Below, in pieces: positions 39,655 to 50,038 of a stretch of 64,000 bases of DNA. A program made the translations under genes and the position numbers. Position 1 is the stretch's first letter. Each line of letters opens with the position of its first letter. The notes beneath the pieces are model-generated. The model saw only the letters and a list, made by a program, of their open reading frames with translations. It was not told where the DNA came from and did no database searches. Source of the stretch: an uncultured Phycisphaerales bacterium (lineage in GTDB: Bacteria; Planctomycetota; Phycisphaerae; Tepidisphaerales; Tepidisphaeraceae); NCBI GenBank assembly GCA_963755915.1, contig CAVWLP010000002.1, forward strand, positions 1,920,001 through 1,984,000, written 5' to 3'.

Positions 39655-40452
39655 TCATCGCCGACGGTACTCCGGCGTCCTCGATTTGAATTGGCTTTCA
39701 GTTCCGCTCCGCCATGAGCGGAGGCTGCGCCTCCCGCGCAGTCGATAGCTTTTGCCGGTGATGTTGATGAGGGTGGCGTGCTGGAGGAATCGGTCGAGGA
39801 TGGCGGTGGCTGCCGGCACGTCGCCGATCAACTTGGCCCAATCTTCCAGCGGCCGGTTGCTGGTCATCATCGTCGAACGGTTCTCATGGCGGCGCATGAT
39901 GATCTCCAACAGGCATTCGCCAGACCGACGCGGCAATTGGCGCATTCCCATGTCGTCAATGATGAGCAGGTCGGGCTTGAGGTAACGATTCAGCGTTTTA
40001 TCCTGCTGGCCGAGTTCGTCGTCGCCGAGAAAGTCACGGGCCAGGTCGAAGATGGAGCGGTACAGGACCAGGTAGCCGGCTTTGATCGCCTGATGCCCGA
40101 TCGCCTGGACCAGGAATGTCTTGCCGACGCCGGGTGGGCCCAACAGAAGCACGTCGGCTTTTTCGCGGATGAACTGACAGCCGGCCAGATCGTGGATCTG
40201 TTTGCGTTTGATCGACGGATTGAAGGAGAAGTCGAACTCATCGAGGTTTTTGACTTCGCCAAACAGGGCGGCTTTAACGCGGCGGCCAATCTGCCGACTG
40301 GACCGCACGTTCAGCTCGTCCTGGAGAATCAGCTCCAGGAACTCGGCGTGATCGAGCCGGTTGCCGCTCGCCTCGCTCAGGCGGACTTCAAGGCTCTGGG
40401 CCAGGCCCGAAAGCCGAAGCTGTTTGAGCGTCTGCAACAATGAAGGTCTCAT
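39655..40452 (-). CDS. istB: IS21 helper ATPase IstB
   Basis: GPPGVGKT, LLIIDD, G.SYRL; ATGA overlap with the istA stop. Confidence 0.93.
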   Translation of the reverse strand: MRPSLLQTLKQLRLSGLAQSLEVRLSEASGNRLDHAEFLELILQDELNVRSSRQIGRRVKAALFGEVKNLDEFDFSFNPSIKRKQIHDLAGCQFIREKADVLLLGPPGVGKTFLVQAIGHQAIKAGYLVLYRSIFDLARDFLGDDELGQQDKTLNRYLKPDLLIIDDMGMRQLPRRSGECLLEIIMRRHENRSTMMTSNRPLEDWAKLIGDVPAATAILDRFLQHATLINITGKSYRLRGRRSLRSWRSGTESQFKSRTPEYRRR

Positions 40453-42053
40453 GGGGTGGACTCCAATGCGGAGGCTTTGCCTTCCGCTTGTAAAGGTTGT
40501 TGAGTAATGGCCTGGCGCACGAACCGGCCGTAGTCGCCCAGGTCGCGGATGATCGGATGCTGCTGGATGAACTCGAAGCTCTGTTGCACTGCGGGCGGAT
40601 TCTGTTGTTCGATCAGTTGCCGCAGTGAACGCAGGTGATACGCCCCATGACTCTGCGCGGCCTGGCAGGCGTGTTCGATCTGATCGCGGCGGTGCTTGTT
40701 CGTCAGCGACAACAAGCCCAGCAGCACGCGACAGCCTTCGATGCCGCGATTCTGGAGCATGGATTGCGCCCATTGCGTGGCGTACGGGCCGATATATTCG
40801 ACCCGGCGCAGGAGCCAGGTTGTTCCGCGTTCGATGCCGCTGATCTTCTCGGGCACGATGTGGACCGGGAGCGTGGAGAATGTTCCCGGCGGGCGCTGCG
40901 CGTGCATGGCGATCGGATGCATCTTCTGGTCCAGCAATCGAACCGTTCGGCCATCCCAGCGCGCCCACACCCTCTGACCCAAAAACTCCGGTGGCACGGA
41001 GTAGTAAGCACCTTTGATCTCCACATGCCCATCCCGATGCACGCTCCGTAGCGCCTCCTGGAACAAATCGAACCGGGAAGCGGACATCGGCAGCAGCGCC
41101 GGCTTCTCCGCCTGCTCGAAGACTTCTTTTACCTGCCGGCGGGTCGTGCCATGGATGCGCGTGTCGGCGACGGCCGCTTCCCAGGTTTGCAGGTGCCGGT
41201 TCTGATCGGCCAGTGAAGCGAAGGTCCGTCCCTTGAGGGCATTGCTCTTGACGTAGCCAATGCCGCGCTCGATCTTCCCTTTGTGCCGCGGCGTGTACGG
41301 CTTGGTGGGCAGGATGGCGATCCCGTAATGCTCGGCAAAGGATCGCACCTTGGGGCAAAGTTCCGGGTCGAACCAGTCCGCCCGACTCACCGCCGCGCGG
41401 AGATTGTCAATCACCAGCGTCTGCGGCAACCCGCCGAAGTGGGCGAAGGCGTTCTCCAGGGATCGCAGAAAGTCATCGGTCGTTTGACGGGACACCGCTT
41501 CGGCGTATCCCTTGCGGCTGTGGGACAGCACGATGCGGAAGACCCAGGTGCCACGCCGCTTCCCATCCGGCATGATGAGGGGCGCGCCCCGGCCGAAGTC
41601 CACCTGCGCCTCGGCGGCCGGCTCGCACTCCATCCGGCGAAACGGCGCCGGCAACGCCGCGGTTAACTTCTTGACCAGTCGACGCACGCTCCAATAGCTG
41701 CCGGGATAACCATGGTCGGAGCACAGGTCCTGATAAATCCGCTGGGCGGTCAGGCCCATCTCCAACTTCTGAAGAATCACCTCGCGCCAGGGTGATGCCG
41801 CACTGGCAAACTCCCGACCTGTCGGGACGAGCGCCGTCGAGCCGATCGGCGCGCCCTCGGAGCCGATGGGCGCGCTGGCCGGTTTTGAATTATCTGGGGA
41901 TGACGGCGGTAGGCTTTGCCTCCGCAGACGAACATGGCGGCCAACGGTCTCCCGATGGACGCCAAGTTGCCGGGCGATGTGCCGGTTGGACCAGCCGCCT
42001 CGCGCAAGTGCCAGAATTGCTTGTACTTCGGCCATCTTGAGTTGATTCGCCAT
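40449..42053 (-). CDS. istA: IS21 transposase IstA
   Basis: 'EAQVDFG', 'DNLRAAV', 'KGKIERG'. Confidence 0.95.
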   Translation of the reverse strand: MANQLKMAEVQAILALARGGWSNRHIARQLGVHRETVGRHVRLRRQSLPPSSPDNSKPASAPIGSEGAPIGSTALVPTGREFASAASPWREVILQKLEMGLTAQRIYQDLCSDHGYPGSYWSVRRLVKKLTAALPAPFRRMECEPAAEAQVDFGRGAPLIMPDGKRRGTWVFRIVLSHSRKGYAEAVSRQTTDDFLRSLENAFAHFGGLPQTLVIDNLRAAVSRADWFDPELCPKVRSFAEHYGIAILPTKPYTPRHKGKIERGIGYVKSNALKGRTFASLADQNRHLQTWEAAVADTRIHGTTRRQVKEVFEQAEKPALLPMSASRFDLFQEALRSVHRDGHVEIKGAYYSVPPEFLGQRVWARWDGRTVRLLDQKMHPIAMHAQRPPGTFSTLPVHIVPEKISGIERGTTWLLRRVEYIGPYATQWAQSMLQNRGIEGCRVLLGLLSLTNKHRRDQIEHACQAAQSHGAYHLRSLRQLIEQQNPPAVQQSFEFIQQHPIIRDLGDYGRFVRQAITQQPLQAEGKASALESTP

Positions 42054-42652
42054 CCCATCGTCCACTTCCGGCGAGAGCCAGAAGCGAACGATAAGGGACA
42101 AATCTCCAGTTCCTCAAAATGGCCGGTTTTGGCGCGCCCATCACTGGCCGGTTATGCGCGCCCGCTGACACAATTGGGCTCCCCCGATCAGCAAGCTATT
42201 TCGGATCAGACTCCATATCAGTGAATTTCTGATCACACTGGGATCGTGTGCCGCAACAAACTTATCGCCCATGCAGCCGCATGGCAGAGGCCGATCGCGT
42301 TGGAGGTCCGCGACGATTAACCCGCTAAAGACCGAGAGCAGCAGAATTACCACGATGGCCGCGCCACGTGTCCACCTGTGGGTAAGCAACCAAAGTCCTA
42401 TCGCGGTCTCGCAAGCGATAGCCGTATAATGAGCGGGAGGGGTCTGAGACCATTGCCCATAAAGGGTGTCAGGGATCCCGGCAGCCTTGCCAGCGAGAAG
42501 TTTAGAGAACGCAGCAAAAAGGAAAACGCATGCAATAACAATTCGCGCGAGAAATCGTGTCGTTGGCATCAATTCTGCGAAGAAAGAACGGCGGTTATCA
42601 AATGTGAATCGAAAAATGGATTTCCTCAGGCGCCAATTCGCAAATGTCGATG

Positions 42653-43810
42653 TCAATGCGGGGCTCCGTTTTGCCGGGTCCGGAGGAAGAGGGTATAGAA
42701 AACAATCCCAATGACTGCCGCCGCAACTCCGACACTCGTTGGTAAGATAGGCATTCCAGCCTTTTGGGTGTTCGATGCGGGAGTCGCCGAAGACGAAGGG
42801 CCGAGTGCCCCTGGCCCAGACGATCCAGCCGGGCCCGGTGCCGGGATGGATTGTGCCGGCGCCGTTTGCCGCAGACCAGAGCGAGGCCGCTCCAAATCAA
42901 AAGCCTCCAAGGTAAAATCTTTCGCAGTGGCCTCGGATCGCTCGGGCTTCTGAAAATCGTGAATAGTCTGTTTTATGATAATGCCCAGCGCATTGAACTC
43001 CTGATCGATGATATGCTTGGGAAATGCAACATCCGCGACGCCGTCCTGGTATTCCACGGTTCGCCTGGCTATCCCGGTTCCAAAATTTAATTCATATGAG
43101 ATGATTGCCCAGTGGAAATTGGGATCTACAATCGCCCAACATGGATACGGCTTATGGCTATGGGAGAACATCCGATCAAAATCAAGGCGCACGAGTGGCT
43201 TTCCACGCCAGAGAATGGGCGTCGCCGTCTTCAAGGATAGTTGCCCATTATCAATAAGTTTCGGGAGTCTGAAGGCACGAAAGTCCTCGGCTACCAGTGC
43301 CAGGCAGGACCCATCGACCTCGTCTGCCCATCTATCTTTTTCGGGACGGTTCGCGTTAATGGGCGAATATTTCGTTATGCGGAATCGTTGGGATGCGTTT
43401 TTCCCTACGACGAAAATATATTCATTGTTAAAAACATAGGAGGTTGCCCAGGCATCGACCGAATCGCCCATGTAATCAACCCTCGCTCCGCCAATTTGAG
43501 CATCAAACAGCAAGCGGACAGGCGGTTCCTTGGCGTCAATGGGCTCGGCCGGGATTTTATTCTTTGTCGGTAGAAATGATGTGAATTTTGCGTCGTCGAA
43601 CACTTGCCAGCCACCCACAGCTGTTTCCAGCTTTTTCCATTCGGGCGGAGCCTCAGTCAAGAATTTTGCTTTCCAGTCCGGTTCGGTTGAGGGCTGAGCC
43701 GCATGTGAGACGTTTTGCTGCCCAATCATGAACAAGAGCACGGCAATGGCCAAGAGGCTCCGGCAGGAGAGAAACACCGCGATCGATTGGGTAGTCGGTT
43801 TAAGCTGCAT
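42653..43810 (-). CDS. Secreted/periplasmic hypothetical protein with C-terminal membrane anchor
   Basis: Signal peptide ('VSHA|AQPSTEP'), beta-rich body, Pro/Ser/Gly linker, TM 'VGVAAAVIGIVFYTLFL'+basic residues. Confidence 0.75.
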   Translation of the reverse strand: MQLKPTTQSIAVFLSCRSLLAIAVLLFMIGQQNVSHAAQPSTEPDWKAKFLTEAPPEWKKLETAVGGWQVFDDAKFTSFLPTKNKIPAEPIDAKEPPVRLLFDAQIGGARVDYMGDSVDAWATSYVFNNEYIFVVGKNASQRFRITKYSPINANRPEKDRWADEVDGSCLALVAEDFRAFRLPKLIDNGQLSLKTATPILWRGKPLVRLDFDRMFSHSHKPYPCWAIVDPNFHWAIISYELNFGTGIARRTVEYQDGVADVAFPKHIIDQEFNALGIIIKQTIHDFQKPERSEATAKDFTLEAFDLERPRSGLRQTAPAQSIPAPGPAGSSGPGALGPSSSATPASNTQKAGMPILPTSVGVAAAVIGIVFYTLFLRTRQNGAPH

Positions 43811-43913
43811 GATTACACCGAAAAGTTTCAATAAATAATAGACAAAGCGCATTGGCTGCCACAGGCCATACCGACATTCCCGACACAACGCGCAATGATG
43901 AATTTATGATCAT

Positions 43914-44183
43914 TCACCATGATTCCCCTCCGCTGCACGGCTGGGGCGGGCCTTTGGTGGGTTGACACTGGCAACAATTCGGGGTGTCACTGGAAATGCC
44001 GCAAATGTTACCTTTGCTCTCGTTACAAGAGTTACCCGGGTCTTGACATGCGCCCCCGACGACACCACCGCTATCGAAGTAGCAGCTATTAGTGTTATCG
44101 GCATATATCGCTCTCGTGCCCAAGCTCAGGAACGCCAGGACAAAGAAGAGAGTGGCTAAAGCAAAACATACGCGATTGAACAT
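43914..44183 (-). CDS. Small secreted cysteine-rich peptide (8 Cys in the mature part)
   Basis: AAGGAG RBS; Sec-type signal ending 'AIYA'; mature DNTNSCYFDSGGVVGGACQDPGNSCNESKGNICGISSDTPNCCQCQPTKGPPQPCSGGESW. Confidence 0.8.
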   Translation of the reverse strand: MFNRVCFALATLFFVLAFLSLGTRAIYADNTNSCYFDSGGVVGGACQDPGNSCNESKGNICGISSDTPNCCQCQPTKGPPQPCSGGESW

Positions 44184-44197
44184 AAAATCTCCTTAAC

Positions 44198-44629
44198 CTA
44201 TGGGTTATTTGAGGCTTGAAACATCGTGGCCTCTACGATCAGCGGCGGGACCACCCCGTCGCGGTTTGTTAGCAATTGAGCAGATGTGGAAAATTTTCCG
44301 GTGCCGTCGAACATTTTCACCCTAACTTTTAGAGAAATCTTTCCCGACTTGCCCGGGTCGAGTTGCAATGGAAGTCCGTCGGCGATCGTGCATGAACATG
44401 ACGTAGTTGCGCCAAGTAGTGTGATCGGACTGCTCTGCACATTTTTGACTGTGAACACCGCGTTTATAATGTCGCCTCTTTGGGCGTAGCAGGTAAATTT
44501 CGGTGAGGGATCAACAGAAACGAGGCTTGTGATTCGTGATGAATAGACCCATCGCACGGCGCCCGCAGTCGCTCCGGCGACCAGAAACGGCGAAAGGATC
44601 GTCAGCCAAACCCTAATTAATTTCTTCAT
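44198..44629 (-). CDS. DUF1573 Ig-like domain protein
   Basis: N-terminal TM; 'FTVKN...PITL.GATTSCSCT...L.PG.SG.I' matches the DUF1573 'SCGCT' motif. Confidence 0.82.
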   Translation of the reverse strand: MKKLIRVWLTILSPFLVAGATAGAVRWVYSSRITSLVSVDPSPKFTCYAQRGDIINAVFTVKNVQSSPITLLGATTSCSCTIADGLPLQLDPGKSGKISLKVRVKMFDGTGKFSTSAQLLTNRDGVVPPLIVEATMFQASNNP

Positions 44630-44659
44630 ACGCCTACCCTCACCTTCGCCATCAAAATC

Positions 44660-46805
44660 TCATTGATCGATGTCTCTACCGGCATGTGACTTCTCCCATT
44701 GTTCGTTGTATTCCGCATCGCCAACTATCGCTGAGATCGTGGCGATTGCCAAAGGTTGAAGGTGATAACGTTGCCTATACTCGACGAACGCCGACTCCGC
44801 GTCGGAGCCGCGATGGAGCCTACACAATTCGGTGATCAAAAGTGGCCACGCCTGCTCCTGGTGAGGACCGGCATGGGTTGCAACAATTCGAAGCTGTATT
44901 GCGGCCTGTGCATGACGACCGAGCTCGCTTAGTGGCAACGCCCTCGCCCAGGCAAGACCAATCTGCTGGTCTTCGGGAAGTGATTGGCTTTGCGTTAATT
45001 GCAGAATGCTCAGAGAGGATTCGGGATCATGTTTTAGGTACGAACATTCAGCTATGCCGATCTTCGCCCAGGGCACGGCCCATCCAAGTGTCGAATCGTC
45101 GGAATGCACATGCTTCTCTATGTCACAATTCAATATGTAAATACTATCCACGTATTGTGAATCGCCGGTATTCACCCGGTCCCACAACAACGGCTCGCAA
45201 TTCTTCATCACTACCAGTATGCGCGTGGTCTGGTGATCGAATCCATCGGAGCTGTCGAGCTCCTGATGACCGCGACTGATGGCGGCTGCATAAGCCACGG
45301 CGGTGTCTTGTGGATCGTTGATAATCGTGTTCAACAGACCGCCGAATTCATACAGCGATTCGCAGGACAGTGGGCTTTTTGCCAAGATTGTGGCCAAATC
45401 CAATTGACTCCCCGCGTGCGACGAGTTTTGATCGAGCGACTCGCGCTCGGAATTTTCGAGCCAACTCGCTAGTCGAGGATCGGCTTCTTGAATGCACGTT
45501 GTCATCCAAAGGAATGCAACGTTGACATTGCCTCCACTGGCCTGGAACGCGTTGGCCATATGTAAAAGCGCTGGCAAGGGAAGTGTCGATCGGCTTAGTA
45601 TTTCGGTAAGTTCCGTTTGCTGCATTTGGTCTATAGCTCTGCCGAATGATAAATCGCTTTGCCAACGATCAAGCCAGCTTCGCAGCCGCGGATCACTTTG
45701 TGGAGCGAGGCGGGCGAGCAAAATCGGGTCGTTTAGTGGAAGACTAAATTCAGATTGCGATGAAGCGGGTGGTAGTTGAACTGAGCTAAACGCCTCGGTC
45801 TGAGGCGGCGGAAGATCGGCTCGCGAGGGTGCAGTAATATTGATTTCACGAGCAGCATCGCGCAATCGCCCTATGTCGAGCGAAGCTGGCAGGGAAATTT
45901 GCGAGGGCTTTGTAGATCTCTCGGCCTTTAGAGAGTTTACCCATGTCGTGGCTCGGTACGTAGCGCAATCCTGATCTCGCATAGTCCTGGCAATCCCCTT
46001 GAGGGCCTCCACCACATCCCAATTGCTCTGAACGTAACCGCACGCTTTAGTAAAGGATTCCTGCGCTTCGGCCGGCCGGTCCGCCAACAGCAGGAGATTT
46101 CCGCGCGAGATTTGGTTTTGGAACGGGTACCTGCTGCCGTTCGCTGTCCGATCGATCGCTTGGGCGAATCGCGAAGTATTGACATCGATTGATTTCAGGA
46201 GACACGTATTGGTCGCTGCTCTTTCCCCCGAAGAGGTCATGCCCGCCGATTGTTGTTTTCTGAATTGTTGGGCGACGTCGAAACCTTTCGTTTTGGCAAG
46301 AGCATCTGCCAGAAGATTGATCGCGGTTGTAGATTGGGACAGGGGGGCGATGTTATAGAACACCTTGGCCTCTGGAAGAGCCTGGGTGTAGTCTCCGTCG
46401 GCGAGCATCGCCCGGACGTGCGCCTCCTGGCAGGTCGAAACCAAAGCAGTGTCCGAGGGTTTGGTGACCATGGCGATCAGACTCAAACCTTCGACATCCG
46501 AGAATCTCTGGGCTCGCATCAGGGGCGCGAGCCAAGCCGGAAGATGCTCGGCCATCTTTTCCGGATTGGATGCTGCAAGGCGCCAGATACCGTCAATCAT
46601 GTCTTTGTTCACATCGCTTGAGAGCCAGGCATTCAATGTGGCTGGGTCGCCGCCCACAGCCTGGAACGCATCGGCGATCTGAAGGAGCATTGGCAAAGGA
46701 AGCGTCGATCGACCAAGGATTTGCACGAGCTGTTCTCTGAATTGTTCGGCGGCAGTTGGACCACTGGTTTTGGCCAGCGCTTGGGCCAGCAGATCGATGG
46801 CGGTC
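44660..46805 (-). pseudogene. 5'-truncated TPR-like helical repeat protein
   Basis: Internal repeats ('ILGRSTLPLPMLLQIADAFQAVGG' / 'ILSRSTLPLPALLHMANAFQASGG'; 'TAIDLLAQALAKT' / 'TAINLLADALAKT'); frame stays open upstream of 46726 to ~46805 without a start codon or RBS. Confidence 0.65.
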
Positions 46806-47463
46806 GGGCATGCTGACCTTGCGGCAATGACGGCGACGCAGTCGCCTGAATTGCGTCAGCGGCTTATGGAGACGCTCGGCAATGCATTGAGAATAAGCCA
46901 AGGTGATGGACCCATCCGTACGCTTTTGGACGCGGAGCCGTTTGACGCGGTACACCTGCTTAGCAACTATCCCTCTTGGATTGGAAAGCTCTTCGGTAAG
47001 TGGATAGGCAAAACTGCAACAATTCACCAGGTGGAACTGCGTGATCCGACAGATTACGGCCAAATCTTTCGGGTCGTGGACGGCATCTCTCGTCAATTTT
47101 TGGTGGCGACGCAATCGGAGATTTGTGCATTCACCTCAGTCCGGGTACCCCGGCAATGGCTGCAATTTGGGTGTTACTTGGAAAAAGCAAATTTCCGGCC
47201 ACCTTCTATCAAACGCACGGCGGCCGAGCATGGAAGACCGATATTCCGTTTGATCTCATCGTAGACTTTCTACCGGGCCTTTTGCGGGGGGCAGACGCCA
47301 ACCTTGTTGGACTCGCAGCACGATCCCCCGCCGAAGTTAAAGGGTTTGAGTGTCAGGCATCACTTAAATCACGCCACGTAACATCACTTCAAATGCCGCC
47401 ATTTTGGAGAGGCGCAGATTCGGTCCGTAAGCTTCCCGGCTGCTCGCCGGTGGGAGCTTGCGG

Positions 47464-49116
47464 ATGTCGAATCGGCTCACAATGGCGGAACATCAGACAA
47501 TCTTGGGACTTGCGCGACTGAACTGGTCGTATCGCCGGATCGCCGCGGAACTGGGCATCGACCGGGAGACGGTCTCTCGTCACATTAAATCCGCGGTGAT
47601 CGAACCACCCGGTGCAGGTCCGCCGGATCCAGATGCCGCCATTCTGATTGCCGGGTCCGAGGTCAGATCGGAGGCAAATGCCACCATTCCGATGACCGGG
47701 TCAATGCACGGCGAGGCGGAATCTGTCGGTTCAAATGCCGCCATTTCGATTACCGGGTTTTCCGGCCGTCACAGCCAGTGCGAGCCATGGCGCGCCGTCA
47801 TCCTTCAGGGTCTTGAGCAAGGCCTGACGGCCAAGCGTATCTGGCAGGACTTGGCTGCCGATCATGGCTTCGACGGTCCTTACCAACCGGTCCAGCGATT
47901 TGTCCAGCGGCTCAACCGTGCCGGAACCAACGGATTGCCCTATCGGCGAATGGAATGCGCCCCCGGCGCCGAGGCCCAGGTGGACTTCGGCAAGGGCGCG
48001 CCCCTCGTCACACCCGACGGCAAACGAACCCGTCCCCACCTGTTCCGCATCGTGCTGAGCTGCTCGCGCAAAGCCTACAGCGAAGTGACGCCCCGGCAGA
48101 CCACCGAGCAGTTCATCCGCTGCATCGAAAACGCCTTCATTCACTTCGGCGGTGTTCCCAGAACTCTGGTGATCGACAATCTCAAAGCGGCCGTCACCCA
48201 TGCCGACTGGTACGATCCCGATCTGAATCCCAAGATTCAGGAGTTCGCGCGTCACTACGGCACCGTCATTTTGCCGACGCGCCCAAGGACGCCACGGCAC
48301 AAGGGAAAGATCGAACGCGGCGTCGGATACGCCCAGGGGAATGCTCTCAAGGCCCGAACCTTCAAGAGCCTTTCCGAGCAGAACCAATTCCTGGCCGAAT
48401 GGGAATCGACCATCGCCGACACGCGCATTCATGGCACCACGCGCAAGCAGGTGGCGAGGATGTTCGCGGAAGTGGAGAAGCCGGCGCTATTGCCTCTTCC
48501 GCCGGGACGGTTCCCCTGTTTTCAGGAAGCCCAGCGGATCGTCAACCGTGATGGCCACGTGGAGGTGGCCAAGGCGTATTACTCGGCGCCGCCGGAGTTC
48601 CTCGGCCGGACCATCTGGTGGCGCTGGGACGGGCACGTCGTCCGGCTCTTTGATTCTCAGCTTCGGCAGGTTGCCATCCACGTTCAGCACGAGCCGGGAC
48701 GCTTCGCCACCGATGATCGTCACATCGTTCCCGAGAAGCGCGGCGGGATCGAACGCGGCGCGGCCTGGTGGATGAACAAGGCCAGCGCCATCGGTCCCCA
48801 CGCCGGCCAATGGGCTGAAAATGTCCTGAATTGCCGGGGGATTCACGCCTTGCGCGTGGTGATGGGGCTGGTCAGTCTCACGCATCGCCATCCCGCCAAA
48901 ATGATCGAACAGGCCTGTCAGGTGGCTCAAGGGCACGGCACCCATCGGCTGCGCGACATCCGCAATCTGCTGAAACGATCGGAATCCGCCGCGCAACAGC
49001 AACAGTTCGAGTTCGTCGCCGAGCATCCCCTGATCCGGTCGCTTTCGGATTACTCCCAACTGGTCCATGACGCTTTCGATAACACCCCCGTGGAGGCAAA
49101 GCCTCCACTTTTTTGA
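47464..49116 (+). CDS. istA: IS21 transposase IstA
   Basis: Intact ORF with HTH and DDE motifs. Confidence 0.96.
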   Translation: MSNRLTMAEHQTILGLARLNWSYRRIAAELGIDRETVSRHIKSAVIEPPGAGPPDPDAAILIAGSEVRSEANATIPMTGSMHGEAESVGSNAAISITGFSGRHSQCEPWRAVILQGLEQGLTAKRIWQDLAADHGFDGPYQPVQRFVQRLNRAGTNGLPYRRMECAPGAEAQVDFGKGAPLVTPDGKRTRPHLFRIVLSCSRKAYSEVTPRQTTEQFIRCIENAFIHFGGVPRTLVIDNLKAAVTHADWYDPDLNPKIQEFARHYGTVILPTRPRTPRHKGKIERGVGYAQGNALKARTFKSLSEQNQFLAEWESTIADTRIHGTTRKQVARMFAEVEKPALLPLPPGRFPCFQEAQRIVNRDGHVEVAKAYYSAPPEFLGRTIWWRWDGHVVRLFDSQLRQVAIHVQHEPGRFATDDRHIVPEKRGGIERGAAWWMNKASAIGPHAGQWAENVLNCRGIHALRVVMGLVSLTHRHPAKMIEQACQVAQGHGTHRLRDIRNLLKRSESAAQQQQFEFVAEHPLIRSLSDYSQLVHDAFDNTPVEAKPPLF

Positions 49117-49126
49117 AAGGAGATTT

Positions 49127-50038
49127 ATGAACGAATCGTTACGAACCGCCCTGACCCGCCTTCGGCTTTCGGGCTTGGCCTCCACCTTGGACGTGCGCTT
49201 GCAGGAAGCCGCCGGCCATCAGCTTTCCCACGGCGAGTTTTTGGAACTGGTGCTTCAGGATGAATTGCTCATTCGCAATGAACGCCTGATCGCCCGGCGC
49301 GTCAAGATCGCGGGCTTTCGGGAACTCAAGACCCTCGACGAGTTCGACTTTTCCTTCAACTCGTCGGTCAAACGCAAGCAGATCTTCGAGCTGGCAACCG
49401 GCCGGTTCATCCGCGAGGCGCGGGATGTCTTGCTGATCGGGCCGCCGGGTCTGGGAAAAAGTCACATCGCCCAGGCACTGGGATACCAAGCCATCAAGAA
49501 CGGATCGGTCGTGCTTTACCGCTCGATCTTCGACGTGGTGCGCGACTTCCTGCACGATGAGGCCCTCAACCAGCAGGACAAAATCATGGAGCGGTATCTC
49601 CGGCCCGATCTGCTCATCATCGACGATATGGGCATGAAGCAATTGCCCAAACGCTCCGGCGAATATCTCTTCGAGATCATCATGCGGCGTTACCAGGTTC
49701 GCTCCACCATGATGACCAGCAACCGGCCGCTCGAAGACTGGGGCAAATTGATCGGCGACGTACCGGCCGCCACGGCAATCCTCGATCGCTTCCTGCACAA
49801 CGCCGAGGTGATCGCGATCACCGGCAGAAGCTATCGGTTGCGAGACCGTGCCGCGGAGGCGAAGCCTACCGCTGAAAGCATCGAATCCACCAAACCGCGA
49901 GGACGCCGGAGTACCGGCGGCGATGAAGGGCTTTCCCCTCCGGAAGACACCGATGCCAGAAAGCCATTGTCTTCTGGCGTGGGGGTTCAGCCTGCCGAAG
50001 CGGCCTCGCCGGTAGTCAACAACTCGGCGTCAATTTGA
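49127..50038 (+). CDS. istB: IS21 helper ATPase IstB
   Basis: Translation identical to 6024..6935. Confidence 0.96.
   Translation: MNESLRTALTRLRLSGLASTLDVRLQEAAGHQLSHGEFLELVLQDELLIRNERLIARRVKIAGFRELKTLDEFDFSFNSSVKRKQIFELATGRFIREARDVLLIGPPGLGKSHIAQALGYQAIKNGSVVLYRSIFDVVRDFLHDEALNQQDKIMERYLRPDLLIIDDMGMKQLPKRSGEYLFEIIMRRYQVRSTMMTSNRPLEDWGKLIGDVPAATAILDRFLHNAEVIAITGRSYRLRDRAAEAKPTAESIESTKPRGRRSTGGDEGLSPPEDTDARKPLSSGVGVQPAEAASPVVNNSASI

Larger units (their letters stand above)
39455..42170 (-). mobile_element. IS21-family element type B (2716 bp)
   Basis: TGTC...TGACA ends with CAAAACC(A/G)GCCA repeats; 6-bp target duplication CAATTG (39449..39454, 42171..42176). Confidence 0.96.
39356..42569 (-). 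pseudogene. MauE/DoxX-family membrane protein, 3' end interrupted by IS21 type B
   Basis: 'VFLFAAFSK', 'E..IG..L', 'PCGCMG', 'LIRN'; removing the IS restores ...GGAQL-LLFTVDQ...YRNV* ending at 39356. Confidence 0.8.

Noticed and set aside
39655-41358. 567-aa ORF suggesting an extended IstB or IstA-IstB fusion
   Set aside because: The N-terminal part is an alternative frame of istA; true istB starts at 40452 with ATGA coupling.
49901-49980. Hammerhead, HDV-like ribozyme or fluoride riboswitch identity for the IS21 hairpin module
   Set aside because: By-eye comparison failed: no CUGAUGA/GAAA core arrangement, no HDV P3/L3 pairing, and the fluoride-riboswitch pseudoknot is not satisfied. An Infernal search is still needed.
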